A DNA stretch of 64,000 nucleotides. It comes from Verrucomicrobiia bacterium (GTDB taxonomy: Bacteria > Verrucomicrobiota > Verrucomicrobiia > Palsa-1439). Position 1 is the stretch's first letter. The number at the start of each line of letters is the position of its first letter. The translations under genes were made by a program, and so were the position numbers. Shown piece by piece: positions 1 to 9,865 of this stretch. The stretch lies in assembly GCA_035577545.1 (NCBI GenBank), contig DATLVI010000027.1:5220-69219 (forward strand), written 5' to 3'. Under the pieces are notes generated by a model. It was not told the origin of the DNA. It ran no database searches and saw only the letters and a program-made list of their open reading frames with translations.

Positions 1-192
1 CCCAGGATCGAACAGACCATTGGCGATGTGAACGTCCGCAGCCATACTTTTCATTTCGTAACCCCGGCCATGAGCGAATCATTGAAAATCCCGAACGCCT
101 GTAATGTCTGCCATACGGACAAGAGTACTGAGTGGGCGACGGCGGCTTTGAAAACGTGGGCCGATCGTTCACCCTGGCGAATGGCTCAATGA
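1..192 (+). CDS. C-terminal fragment of a c-type cytochrome domain protein (5' end outside window)
   Basis: Frame 1 is open from base 1 to TGA at 190-192. The translation ...IPNACNVCHTDKSTEWATAALKTW... contains a CxxCH haem-binding motif. Confidence 0.5.
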   Translation, partial: PRIEQTIGDVNVRSHTFHFVTPAMSESLKIPNACNVCHTDKSTEWATAALKTWADRSPWRMAQ

Positions 193-974
193 AAGCTTGC
201 GCGAAACGCTCATTTGCAAAGGTTCGGGGCCAACGTGGTAAAACGCTCGGGCTCATTTCCCTGGCCTTGGGTGTGACTTTAATTCTTACGACGCACACGT
301 TCGCCGGGCCGCCGTTCTTAACCGACGATCCGGAGCCCACGGATTACCAGCATTGGGAAAACTACTTGTTCACCAGTGGCGACCACACGGGCGGCGGCTA
401 TACCATCGACGGGCCCGCAGCGGAGGTGGATTATGGCGCGTTCCCGGATACCCAATTGTCGTTAATAGTCCCCGTGACATCCGTCGGTGGCAACACACCG
501 CACCATACCGGCTTGGGCGACGTGGATCTCAGCGTCAAGTACCGCTTCGTCCACGAAACAAATAGCTGGCCGCAAATCGCCTTCTTCCCGGCAGTCGTTT
601 TACCCACGGGCAACGCAGTGCACGGTTTGGGAAACGGACGCGTCCTTTTCCGGTTGCCGTTGTGGCTGCAAAAGAGTTGGGGCCCATGGACGACCTACGG
701 TGGGGGTGGCGCGACATTGAATTCTGCGCCAGGCAAGCGTGACTTTGGATTCGCCGGCTGGCTCTTGCAACGCGACCTCGGCGAACATCTCATACTCGGC
801 GGTGAATTCTATGCGCAAGGTCGCGATGCGGATGACGACCGGGGATTTGTCGCGTTCAATTTTGGCGGTTCCTACAAACTTACTGACCATTTTAGTCTGC
901 TCGCCAGCGCGGGCCACAGCATCGCCGGTCAAGTACACACCTTCTGGTATTTCGCTCTTGGATGGTCTTTGTAA
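189..974 (+). CDS. outer-membrane beta-barrel transporter family protein (MetA-pathway/phenol-degradation-like)
   Basis: Signal-like N-terminus is followed by the family hallmark PPFLTDDPEP. The rest shows an alternating beta-strand pattern with Gly/aromatic-rich turns. Start taken at in-frame ATG 189; the longest ORF starts at 132. Confidence 0.55.
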   Translation: MKACAKRSFAKVRGQRGKTLGLISLALGVTLILTTHTFAGPPFLTDDPEPTDYQHWENYLFTSGDHTGGGYTIDGPAAEVDYGAFPDTQLSLIVPVTSVGGNTPHHTGLGDVDLSVKYRFVHETNSWPQIAFFPAVVLPTGNAVHGLGNGRVLFRLPLWLQKSWGPWTTYGGGGATLNSAPGKRDFGFAGWLLQRDLGEHLILGGEFYAQGRDADDDRGFVAFNFGGSYKLTDHFSLLASAGHSIAGQVHTFWYFALGWSL

Positions 975-1125
975 ATGCAGAAATCTCTCAACGATACGGC
1001 CGCTTGGGGCGGTTCATATTTGGCAGCGTGAAAAAGGGGGTTGGCCCCGCATAATCGCCCAATTCGTAACCTTCGTCCCCTCGATAAGCGTCGTCTCAGC
1101 CTCGATCCGCCAACCACCACACCGC

Positions 1126-1698
1126 CTACTTCCCGCCGCGCACGGAATCGAGCTTGCTCTTGGCTTGCTGGATCAGGTTTTGAAACTCGGCCAACTGGTC
1201 CGACGAAAGCACAATCCGGGTCCGGCTGGCATGACTGCTCTGTAAGACGATTTGTGTGGTGCCGGGTCGCTTGATGCTGGTGTAATAGACGAGTCGCAGC
1301 CAGCCTGCTGTTGTATAACCCACGTCATAGTCGGGCAGCGGTGTCATCGAGTGGTTGGCTTTGCGGATGTAGTCGATACCGTTCAGGAACGAAGCCAATT
1401 CGTCGTAGTCCACCATCGTCACATCCTCGGGCCGGCCACCCTCCTTCAACTCAACCGCGATCCCATATTCCTTCGCCCCGAGACCAGGTTCGACGGATTC
1501 CTTGGCCCTCACGGACACGGTCCCCGTTTGCGCCGACATGGTCCCAATAAGCACGCTGCCCCTGACAATGACGGTCCTGGTCTGGGCTTCGAAAACCTCA
1601 ATCTTTGTGAGCGGCGCGTTCGTGTCCTGTGCCCAAACGGTTCCCGCCAGAAGTGACCCACCTACAATCACCAGGGGTATGACATGGATTCCACGCAT
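1126..1698 (-). CDS. hypothetical secreted protein
   Basis: ORF 1126..1725. Internal ATG at 1698 is preceded by GAGGT plus a 6-nt spacer. The N-terminus MRGIHVIPLVIVGGSLLAGTVWAQD looks like a signal peptide. No family recognised. Confidence 0.5.
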   Translation of the reverse strand: MRGIHVIPLVIVGGSLLAGTVWAQDTNAPLTKIEVFEAQTRTVIVRGSVLIGTMSAQTGTVSVRAKESVEPGLGAKEYGIAVELKEGGRPEDVTMVDYDELASFLNGIDYIRKANHSMTPLPDYDVGYTTAGWLRLVYYTSIKRPGTTQIVLQSSHASRTRIVLSSDQLAEFQNLIQQAKSKLDSVRGGK

Positions 1699-1754
1699 AG
1701 ATTTACCTCGTTCCAGACCTCTCATAACAAGTCCGGTCCGACCCCGTCAAGATG

Positions 1755-3878
1755 TCACAATCCGGTGATGGAACCGAACCCGAAAGCCAACGGTTTTTCA
1801 GCAGCAGCCTTGTACATCCACGAACAGGAATCCGTGTATGTTTTGCCATTCGTTGCGCCGCTGGCCTCAATGCGGTTCTCACTAGGCTTCAACTGAATGT
1901 CATCCCACAAAAAAATACGGTTCGTGGAATGGACGGTTCCCTTGCTGACGCCGTTGATCTTCAATTCCACCGCGTCACAATTGGAATAAATCTTTACCGG
2001 CGTTTTGGGTTCGCTGCGATTGGTAAAGCGGCGGCTGGTGATGTATACAAACGGTGTCGTCGTCCAATTTGCCTTGTACCAAAAGAACGCGTCCTTCTTC
2101 ACTTTGCGGTCGTAGGTGACCAGGCCCTTGTCATTGCGGCCCGGCGTGTCTCCCTCGTCGCGCTGGCCGACCGCGAAATCAAACATGTTCCACACCAATT
2201 CGCACCAGAGCCAGGGGCGGTCCTTCATGGCCAGCCATGCCTGCTCGTGCGCCAGGCCCTGATACTCCTCGGGATGCCAATGGGAGGTCGGGTTCGGTTG
2301 GTTCGTCGAGATTTCGTGCTGGCTGATGCTGGCCCCGGCCCCGTATTCGCTGATCCCAATGCCGCGGTTGGGCCACTCCTCGTGAAAATTAATCAGCGCC
2401 CCGGGCCAGTCGGACAACTTGTTGGCGTACCATCCGAAATACCGATTGAACGCCGTGACGTCCGTAACGGCATTCAGCGGGTCGGTCGATCGGATGCAAC
2501 TCGCGGCCGTGGTGAGCCGTGTCGGATCGAGCTCCTTCGCCAGTTGGTTGAGTGGCTTGACGATGTCCCATTTGGGCGGCGCATCGTACCACTGGTTTTT
2601 CTTGTGCAACTCGTTGAAGATTCCCCAGAACGCGATTGACGGGTGGTTGTAATTCTGTTTGATCATTTCCGTCAACTGCTGCCGCGCGTTTTCCGTAAAA
2701 GCCTCGGAATCGGTCAACTCATTCACCAGGCTCAATTCCGTCCAGAGCACCAGCCCGTTGTGGTCGCACAAGTCATAAACCATCTGGTCCTGCTGATAGT
2801 GGGCAAGCCGCACGCACGTTGCGCCAATCTCGGTGATCAACTGAAAATCCTCCTCCTGTTCGGCTCGACCGATGGCCCAGCCTTTGTCGATGCGATCCTG
2901 ATGGCGACTGACTCCATGCAAAGGATACGACGCGCCGTTGAGGAAAAATCCATGGTCGGGATCAACCCGGAAAAACCGGATGCCCAACGGCTGGGTCACC
3001 GCGTCCGTGACCTTGTCCCCATCACTGACCACTATCGCCACTCGATACAAATAAGGATCGATTCTCCCATTCCAAAGATGAGGTTTGGCAATCTTGATGT
3101 GCTGGACGACATCCGCGACCGCCTTGGATCCGAGCGCCTCGTGGGAAGTTGTCTGTTGGATCGTTTTCCCTTTCGCGTCAATGATTGTGCAACGGATCGT
3201 GGCAGTCTTGGCGGAACTGTTTGCGTTACGCAGTTTCGTGGTGATTTCCAGGTCGGCCGAATCCTTGGTCACCCCTGTTTGTTTGACGTAAACGCCGGGG
3301 GATGCGTAGTCCAGCGGTGTCACCGAGAGCTTATCCAGCACAAGCAAATGGACGTCGCGGTACAGGCCTCCGAAAACAGTGAAATCACCACTCAACGGCA
3401 GAACGTCCGCATCCTTCGCGTTGTCTACCTTAACGGCGATCACATTATCCTTCCCAACCCGCAGGAATGGGGTCACGTCAAAGCAGAACGCCGCGAAATT
3501 TCCCTTATGTGTGCCGACCGGGCTGCCGTTGACAAGAACCTCGGCCACCGTCGCGGCCCCGTCGAACTTTAGAAAAAAACTTTTGCCGGCATATTTCGCG
3601 TCCACCCGCAGATGACGACGGTACCAGCCACTGCCGCGATAGTAAGGCGTCCCGCTGGTCTGGCCATCCAGGTTGTTCCACGTGTGCGGCAGGTTCACGG
3701 ACTGCCACGCCGCATCGTCGAAATTTGTTGCCGCCGCATCCGCGACGTCCTGGCGGATGAACTTCCATTGTTCATCGAGCCCGATGTCGACGCGCGCCAC
3801 AGCCATTGATTGGCCTGTCACGGTCGCGAGTTGCAACAGGACGAGAAGGATGACTTGTCGGCAATTGGGTGTTTTCAT
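1755..3878 (-). CDS. glycoside hydrolase family 2 (beta-galactosidase/beta-glucuronidase-like), secreted
   Basis: Signal peptide, then GH2-type sugar-binding region (WQSVNLPHTWN...YRGSGWYRRHL). Acid/base region NHPSIAFWGIFNE and nucleophile region ISEYGAG are present. The start codon overlaps the stop of the upstream gene (ATGA at 3875-3878). Confidence 0.85.
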   Translation of the reverse strand: MKTPNCRQVILLVLLQLATVTGQSMAVARVDIGLDEQWKFIRQDVADAAATNFDDAAWQSVNLPHTWNNLDGQTSGTPYYRGSGWYRRHLRVDAKYAGKSFFLKFDGAATVAEVLVNGSPVGTHKGNFAAFCFDVTPFLRVGKDNVIAVKVDNAKDADVLPLSGDFTVFGGLYRDVHLLVLDKLSVTPLDYASPGVYVKQTGVTKDSADLEITTKLRNANSSAKTATIRCTIIDAKGKTIQQTTSHEALGSKAVADVVQHIKIAKPHLWNGRIDPYLYRVAIVVSDGDKVTDAVTQPLGIRFFRVDPDHGFFLNGASYPLHGVSRHQDRIDKGWAIGRAEQEEDFQLITEIGATCVRLAHYQQDQMVYDLCDHNGLVLWTELSLVNELTDSEAFTENARQQLTEMIKQNYNHPSIAFWGIFNELHKKNQWYDAPPKWDIVKPLNQLAKELDPTRLTTAASCIRSTDPLNAVTDVTAFNRYFGWYANKLSDWPGALINFHEEWPNRGIGISEYGAGASISQHEISTNQPNPTSHWHPEEYQGLAHEQAWLAMKDRPWLWCELVWNMFDFAVGQRDEGDTPGRNDKGLVTYDRKVKKDAFFWYKANWTTTPFVYITSRRFTNRSEPKTPVKIYSNCDAVELKINGVSKGTVHSTNRIFLWDDIQLKPSENRIEASGATNGKTYTDSCSWMYKAAAEKPLAFGFGSITGL

Positions 3879-6800
3879 GTTCGTAAATCCGCTCGTGGTA
3901 CACTTACAGTGAGCCGGGAGATTTTGCCAGCGCGCGCGAAGACCGAGACACTGTCAGCCGCTCCCAGGGCGTTGCCAGGGATGGTTTCCTGGGTTCTATC
4001 TGCGCGTTCGACGAGGATGCTAGTGGTGTCAGCTAACTGGTAGCTGACCGGTACCTGGCAATACGTGAAGCCGAGGCTGTTGGCGGGCAATTCCCAGGAC
4101 TGCTCCCGGTTTTGCGCGTCGAGATACGTGAAGCGGTGTGGCGACGAGAAGAACTCGGCTTGATGGAGCAACCGCGGCGCAAACCGCAACTGCCCGTCCT
4201 CGACCGCGATGCCCAATTCGCCCCAGCGCGTCAGGATTTCCTCCTTCACCTGGCCGGTCATGCCCGGCTGTTGCGCCCCACGATGTCGCGGGGAATGCGA
4301 ATACGGGTCGGTCGGGAAAGCGCCGTAGGCGTCCGGAGTTTTGCAGAAACCGAGCCCCTGCCGCACGTCGTCGTACGCCTCAGCCAGCGCTTTCGTCACG
4401 ACAAGGTCGCTACCTTCCCGGAGCGCTTCGCGATGGGATTCCTGCGCGGCCAGGAGCAGTTTCACAACCATGTGCCAGTAGATGCTGCCGAGTCCTTCAA
4501 ACGCGAAGAAAGTGCCACTGCGCCCGGTGAACTCGCTGTGGCTGAACGTGGCCTCCCACAAATCCAGTACTGCCTTCCGTGTGTCCTCATCGGTTTCGAG
4601 AAGATCGAGGCGTTTGGCAACATCGCTGGCACTGCGCAGGTCCGCCTGGAAATGCCACTGTCCGTGTTCGTCGCCCACGAAGAGTGAAGGATCTTTCAGC
4701 GGCGGATGTCCCTTCAGGGTGTTGCGGGCAAGAAACGAAGGCAGGTCGCGGTCGGGGTAAAGCAGATAGCTGTGCTGGTCAGCGCGATAAAGCGCGCTGG
4801 CGCGCAGTGCGCGCAACACAGCCAGCGCTTCAGTGGGCTTCAGCAGGCCGGAACTTAACACTGCGACCTGGCCTTCAAGCATCGGGAACAGATGGGCCAC
4901 GCGCGCCCGGTCGCCGTCGAGGTGGAGCACATTGTAGCTGTGGAAGAGGCCGTCGCGGCGACGATTGCCGCGAATGGTCGATTCGATCACCGGCAGCGCC
5001 GCCTCGACCAGCCCGCGCAAGGCGCCAAGCGGCACAATCTTGCGGTTATTCTTGCCGCCATTGTAAATGGCCAATCGGTGCGTTTCGCCGGCGCGACCGA
5101 GCGCGGCCATCATCTGGAAGCGCGAGGCATCATCGAACCCGGCGTTTGCCTGTTTGGCTGCGTCGCGCAGGATGGAGGTGATCCCCGCCAACAGTTTGGC
5201 GACTGGCGCGGTGAGCGGCACCGGTTTGTCTCCACTTGCGGCAAAAACCCTGTCGCAGAACGCCAGGTAACGGCGAAGGTGGCACACCGTGACCATGGAC
5301 AGGCCCCAGCCGGCGAGCGCGTTGTTGGCGTCGTTCCATTCAGGCCGCTGCGTGTTCAGCCAGATGCCGCCGCCGGGGACAAAGTTGCTGAGCTTGACCA
5401 ACAGCGGTACGAGCAACTTTTCCGCGAGGGAAACCCGGACGATCTCGCCGCGATCGTCCGTCAATAGCTTGCCATCAGCGCCCAGTTGCCGGGCCCGTGA
5501 CATCAGCAGTTGGTGGAGCGAATGGTTAAAGGTGATCGTATGACGCGGATCAGCCACGATCTCGTCGAAGCCGTCAATTTCATACGGAACGTGCGTGTAA
5601 ACGCAGGTCTCGGCGCGGAGTTGGCCGGCCAATCGGCCTGGTTGAAAGCGCTCCTGGCTCTCGAGCAGGCGCAGCAGGTAGATGATCTGGTGATCGCCCC
5701 AATAGCCAATATGGCTCCACGGATCCTTGGGATCGCTGATCTCCCAGTCAACGCCATTGCGGGTAATGCGGTACGGGTTGTAGCCGTCCGCTGTCGAGGC
5801 GTTGAGGAATACCTGTATCATTTGTTCGAGCCAGCCGGGATAGCTCTGCGCCAAGCTCTCCCAATTCTGGAAAATGTCGCGCCAGTTGCCCTGATAGGCG
5901 TAAAGCGGACGGCCTTGTTCATCCTTGATGTGAATATCGAATCGGTTCCAGGGCCGGCTCGGATCGCCGTGGCGACGGCTGAAGCTCAACGGCAAATACT
6001 CGTGCGCCAGCCGCGAGAGGTGGACGTCGTCGCGTTTCGCAACCTCCTGGTGCAATTGATCCAGCGTCAGCGACTCCGGCACCTCCCCCAGCCATCGTTG
6101 ATGGCTCGCGTATACCGTGGTGTTATGCGCCCGGACAAATGCCGCGAAATCTTTGCCGGGGAAACGGTACGAATCGTCGAAGGTGCCGCCACGCATGCAA
6201 TTGAACAGCACGTTGGCAAAATGATGGACGCTCGCCGCTTGATCGGCCGTCTGTTGCAGCCCATCAGCGGCGGCAATACGGCGCCGCAGGCCGTTGCGAT
6301 TGGCCGCGAGGCCCTGGCGCAGGGAACGTTCGAGGGCCGCCGGCTCCTTCAGTTGATTCTGAAGGCGCATGAGTGCCGAGTGGTCGAGCCTGGTGTCGGC
6401 AACCGTGAACCAGCGGTGCGACTGGCCGGGCGAAACCGTCACGCTGTCCGCCACGAGGTAGGCCCCGAACTCGCCGCGGATTTCGTGTTCGGGTTGGACA
6501 AATTCTCCGCGGCAAAACGCGGGCACTTGTCGCTTCGATAATAGAATGATGGGATGCGCGTGGCCGATCGACCAGGCACAGGCCGCGCGCAGGGATTCAC
6601 AGGCTTCCGCTCGGTCGGTAATGGCCGCATTGAGCGTGAAGATGCCGAGCGATTCTTCGTTCCTGTATTCGTGGCGCATGTAGGCTTCGGCGAGATAGCT
6701 GAACCGGCCAAAGGTTTCCTGATCGACGCCCGGCGGGAGCAGCTGGTGCCAGCCATCGAGATACCGCACCTCCGTCGGGCCAGCGTCGTCCAGGCGCTCG

Positions 6801-7285
6801 AGTTGGCATTCGCGGACGAATCCGTACGGCTCGCAGGTGGCGAGAGCCCAACGGAAGCGCAGACCGAGGTCGTGGTTGATTTCCTCAAAAATCACGCTGG
6901 CGCCGTGGATGTGTTTGTAAAGATGACGGTCGATGCGATAAATACGTCCGCTCTCCTGCCACGGTTCCCACAGTGCCCAGCGCTCACCTGCGCGAACGAG
7001 CAGAACCGACAGCGCGCCGCTGGTGTTGGGATGGCTCAGGATCTTGTCCACCGTTTGATACGGGAAGAGTGCGTTGTCGGGATCGATGCGCCCGGCGGCA
7101 AACGGCGAGTTGCTGCCGACGAACAGCCAGTGATCACTGTCGCTGACCACGCTCATCAGAAAGGGATTGAGTTGGTCGACGTGGCGAATGCAGATGTAGG
7201 GCTCGTCATCGACTGTTACAAACTCGCTCCGTGTCGCTGACTGGGAAGCCGTGTTCACCACGAAGAGTGATCTCGAAGTTGTCAT
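3875..7285 (-). CDS. large cytoplasmic protein, possible (alpha/alpha)6 GH94-like glycoside phosphorylase/hydrolase
   Basis: Uninterrupted 1136-codon frame with no signal peptide. The segment GGGIWLNTQRPEWNDANNAL resembles the catalytic D-W-N-D region of GH94-type phosphorylases (by eye only). Start set at ATG 7285 because the conserved 14-bp operator at 7297-7310 would otherwise lie inside the ORF. Confidence 0.6.
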   Translation of the reverse strand: MTTSRSLFVVNTASQSATRSEFVTVDDEPYICIRHVDQLNPFLMSVVSDSDHWLFVGSNSPFAAGRIDPDNALFPYQTVDKILSHPNTSGALSVLLVRAGERWALWEPWQESGRIYRIDRHLYKHIHGASVIFEEINHDLGLRFRWALATCEPYGFVRECQLERLDDAGPTEVRYLDGWHQLLPPGVDQETFGRFSYLAEAYMRHEYRNEESLGIFTLNAAITDRAEACESLRAACAWSIGHAHPIILLSKRQVPAFCRGEFVQPEHEIRGEFGAYLVADSVTVSPGQSHRWFTVADTRLDHSALMRLQNQLKEPAALERSLRQGLAANRNGLRRRIAAADGLQQTADQAASVHHFANVLFNCMRGGTFDDSYRFPGKDFAAFVRAHNTTVYASHQRWLGEVPESLTLDQLHQEVAKRDDVHLSRLAHEYLPLSFSRRHGDPSRPWNRFDIHIKDEQGRPLYAYQGNWRDIFQNWESLAQSYPGWLEQMIQVFLNASTADGYNPYRITRNGVDWEISDPKDPWSHIGYWGDHQIIYLLRLLESQERFQPGRLAGQLRAETCVYTHVPYEIDGFDEIVADPRHTITFNHSLHQLLMSRARQLGADGKLLTDDRGEIVRVSLAEKLLVPLLVKLSNFVPGGGIWLNTQRPEWNDANNALAGWGLSMVTVCHLRRYLAFCDRVFAASGDKPVPLTAPVAKLLAGITSILRDAAKQANAGFDDASRFQMMAALGRAGETHRLAIYNGGKNNRKIVPLGALRGLVEAALPVIESTIRGNRRRDGLFHSYNVLHLDGDRARVAHLFPMLEGQVAVLSSGLLKPTEALAVLRALRASALYRADQHSYLLYPDRDLPSFLARNTLKGHPPLKDPSLFVGDEHGQWHFQADLRSASDVAKRLDLLETDEDTRKAVLDLWEATFSHSEFTGRSGTFFAFEGLGSIYWHMVVKLLLAAQESHREALREGSDLVVTKALAEAYDDVRQGLGFCKTPDAYGAFPTDPYSHSPRHRGAQQPGMTGQVKEEILTRWGELGIAVEDGQLRFAPRLLHQAEFFSSPHRFTYLDAQNREQSWELPANSLGFTYCQVPVSYQLADTTSILVERADRTQETIPGNALGAADSVSVFARAGKISRLTVSVPRADLRT

Positions 7286-7296
7286 GGATTGAGTCC

Positions 7297-7310
7297 TGCA
7301 ATCATTTGCA
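7297..7310. promoter_or_regulatory. candidate LacI-family operator TGCAATCATTTGCA (site 1 of 3 identical copies)
   Basis: Exact reverse complement of the 14-mer at 15854-15867 and 22323-22336. TGCAA-N4-TTGCA inverted repeat located in the divergent region between the 1136-aa gene and GH30. Confidence 0.6.
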
Positions 7311-7373
7311 TTATGCCCTTTTCTTTCGCCGATATCCATGGTATAAGCAATACGGATTTTGGGGCAGGGACGC

Positions 7374-8729
7374 ATGATAACAGGTAGATTCCTCCGTCAT
7401 TACATAACCGCCAAGGCCAGCAAGGATCGCATTTCCGAAAAGGGTCCGGTCCTCCTGGAAGAGAATCCGGACATGTGCCTGCCATCTGTTTTGGTCGACC
7501 CAAGCAAACGTTTTCAGACGATCGAGGGTTTTGGGGGAGCGTTCACCGAAGCCGGCGCCGTCAGCTTGTCACGGATGCGCAAAGAACATCGGGAACAACT
7601 TTTTAGGGCGTATTTTCATCCTACTGAAGGGCACGGCTATTCCCTCTGTCGCACTCACATGAATAGTTGCGACTTCTCCCTCGGAAGTTACGCCTGTACG
7701 GAGGTGGACGGTGATGTGGAGTTGAAGCATTTCTCCATCGACCGTGATCGTCAAGCGCTGCTCCCCATGATCAAGGAGGCCCAAAAAGTAGCAAGCCAAT
7801 CGCTCAAGATTCTGGTGTCGCCCTGGAGCCCGCCTCCCTGGATGAAAACCAATGGCCAATTCAAGGGCGGTGGAAAGTTGAAGCCCGAATATCGCCAGGT
7901 GTGGGCCAATTATTTTGTCCGTTTCATCCGCGAATACGAGAAGGAAGGCGTGCCGATTTGGGGCGTGACCGTTCAGAATGAGCCGGCTGCCGCGCAAGTT
8001 TGGGATTCCTGCCTGTACAGCGCCGAGGAAGAAAGGGATTTCGTCCGCGATCACCTGGGGCCGACGTTTCACAAGGCCGGCTTGGAGCACATCAAGATCA
8101 TTATCTGGGACCATAACCGCGATCTGCTCATCGAGCGGGTCGCGCCGTCTTACAACGATCCCGAGGCCAGCTCATATATCTGGGGCGCGGCCTTTCACTG
8201 GTACGGCCCGGAAAAATTCGAGAACCTTCAATTGGCCCACGAAGCCTGGCCGGATAAGAAACTCATCTTTACCGAAGGCTGCCAGGAAGGCGGCCCGCAT
8301 CTCGGCTCCTGGGATGTTGGGGAGCGTTACGGACACGAGATCATCAACGACCTGAACCGCTGGACCGTTGGCTGGATTGATTGGAACTTGCTGCTGGATG
8401 AAACCGGCGGCCCCAACCATGCCAACAATCTCTGCAGCGCCCCGGTCATAGCGGACACGGTGAACGACCGGCTCATTTTCCAGAGTTCGTATTATTACCT
8501 CGGACACTTCTGCCGATTCATCCGTCCCGGCGCCGCGAGGATTCTCTGCGCGAGTACCCGCGAAGATCTCCAGGTCACCGCGTTTCGGAATCCCGACGAG
8601 AGTGTCGCCGTGGTCGTGTTGAACCGGACGGACGAAGAACGCAAATTCTGCCTGAGACTTCCGGATTGCGCCGGCAGCAGCGCAGCTCCCGCCCACTCGA
8701 TTTCGACCTATCTTTGGCAGCCTTCCTGA
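7374..8729 (+). CDS. glycoside hydrolase family 30 (glucosylceramidase-like), no signal peptide
   Basis: Contains FGGAFTEAGA, the GVTVQNEP acid/base region, and FTEGC plus a C-terminal beta-sandwich typical of GH30. Start at ATG 7374. Confidence 0.8.
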   Translation: MITGRFLRHYITAKASKDRISEKGPVLLEENPDMCLPSVLVDPSKRFQTIEGFGGAFTEAGAVSLSRMRKEHREQLFRAYFHPTEGHGYSLCRTHMNSCDFSLGSYACTEVDGDVELKHFSIDRDRQALLPMIKEAQKVASQSLKILVSPWSPPPWMKTNGQFKGGGKLKPEYRQVWANYFVRFIREYEKEGVPIWGVTVQNEPAAAQVWDSCLYSAEEERDFVRDHLGPTFHKAGLEHIKIIIWDHNRDLLIERVAPSYNDPEASSYIWGAAFHWYGPEKFENLQLAHEAWPDKKLIFTEGCQEGGPHLGSWDVGERYGHEIINDLNRWTVGWIDWNLLLDETGGPNHANNLCSAPVIADTVNDRLIFQSSYYYLGHFCRFIRPGAARILCASTREDLQVTAFRNPDESVAVVVLNRTDEERKFCLRLPDCAGSSAAPAHSISTYLWQPS

Positions 8730-8740
8730 GGCCGCCATCC

Positions 8741-9862
8741 TCAGCCCTTAATGCCCGTCATCGAGATCCCCTCGATGAAAGTCTTCTGCGTAAAGAAGAA
8801 CAGCACGATGATCGGCAGCGCCACGAGGGTGCTGGCAGCCATCAAGTAATGCCATTCCGTTCCCCCATTCTGGCTCTGGAAGAACTGCAACCCCAACGCG
8901 AGCGTGAAATCCTCCTGGTTGGTCAGGTAAATCAACGGGCCGATAAAGTCATTCCACGTGTACATGAACTGAAACAGGGCGACAACCATCAGTGCCGGAC
9001 GGCACAAAGGCAGGACGATCTGCCAGAAGATGCGAAACTCGCTGCAGCCATCAATGCGGGCCGCTTCGGAGATGTCCTTCGGCAGGGTCATGAAGAATTG
9101 CCGCAGTAGAAACACATTGAAGGCCCCGGCGAAAAATGAACCAACCCACAAGGGCTTCAAGGTCCCTATCCAACCGAGCCAGCGAAACAGGCAGTACAAG
9201 GGCACCATCGTGACAGGAAAGGGCACCATCATTGTTGCCAATGCGATCATGAACAACGCATTGCGCCCGCGCCATTCGATGCGCGAGAAGCCGTAGGCGG
9301 TGAGCGCGCTGGACGCCACGGTGCCAATGACAGTCAGAATACACAGAATTAAAGTGTTTTTCAGATAACGCGGGAACTGCTTCATGGCCTTGATTGCCCC
9401 GATGAAGTTATTCCAGCGCGGTGCGATTTTTTTGGTAATGGCAGATGCAGGCAGCGCTTCCCACACGGCATTGCTGATGGCGACTGGCCTAACAGTCGTC
9501 CAGATATGTTGCGCGTCAGCGGGGATTTCCTGGATGATCTGCACAGGTACGGATTTTTCTTCGCCACTGGGCATTTGTTGTTTCATCTGGCTGTTGACGA
9601 CGCTGGAACGCGGGACGATATGCCGTTCGCCTTCGATTTCCGCAACGTAGGATGGGGCCTTGATCAGCGCGCCGGGTTTGACTTCAACCCGTCTGCCGTC
9701 CTTCTCAACGAAAAACCTGTACGGAATCCAGCTCGGCGGCACGGTCATGGTTTGATCGATCGGTTTCAAACCGGTGGAAAGCATCCACAGCAGCGGGGCC
9801 AGAAATGTGATCGAGCCCAGCAGGAGCAAGAGATAGGTGAAAAAGCGTTGGAGGCTGCGCAT
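8741..9862 (-). CDS. carbohydrate ABC transporter permease (MalG-like) with enlarged periplasmic loop
   Basis: C-terminal half carries the EAA-type loop (EAARIDGCSEFRIFWQIVLP) and TM pattern of CUT1 permeases. About 130 aa are inserted after TM1. Confidence 0.8.
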   Translation of the reverse strand: MRSLQRFFTYLLLLLGSITFLAPLLWMLSTGLKPIDQTMTVPPSWIPYRFFVEKDGRRVEVKPGALIKAPSYVAEIEGERHIVPRSSVVNSQMKQQMPSGEEKSVPVQIIQEIPADAQHIWTTVRPVAISNAVWEALPASAITKKIAPRWNNFIGAIKAMKQFPRYLKNTLILCILTVIGTVASSALTAYGFSRIEWRGRNALFMIALATMMVPFPVTMVPLYCLFRWLGWIGTLKPLWVGSFFAGAFNVFLLRQFFMTLPKDISEAARIDGCSEFRIFWQIVLPLCRPALMVVALFQFMYTWNDFIGPLIYLTNQEDFTLALGLQFFQSQNGGTEWHYLMAASTLVALPIIVLFFFTQKTFIEGISMTGIKG

Positions 9863-9865
9863 GAA

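Noticed and set aside
1752-6541. Several 190-343-aa plus-strand ORFs (1752-2639, 2643-3572, 4112-4687, 4892-5467, 5510-6541)
   Set aside because: All are antisense to the well-supported GH2 and 1136-aa genes. They have no motifs and are shadow ORFs of a GC-rich region.
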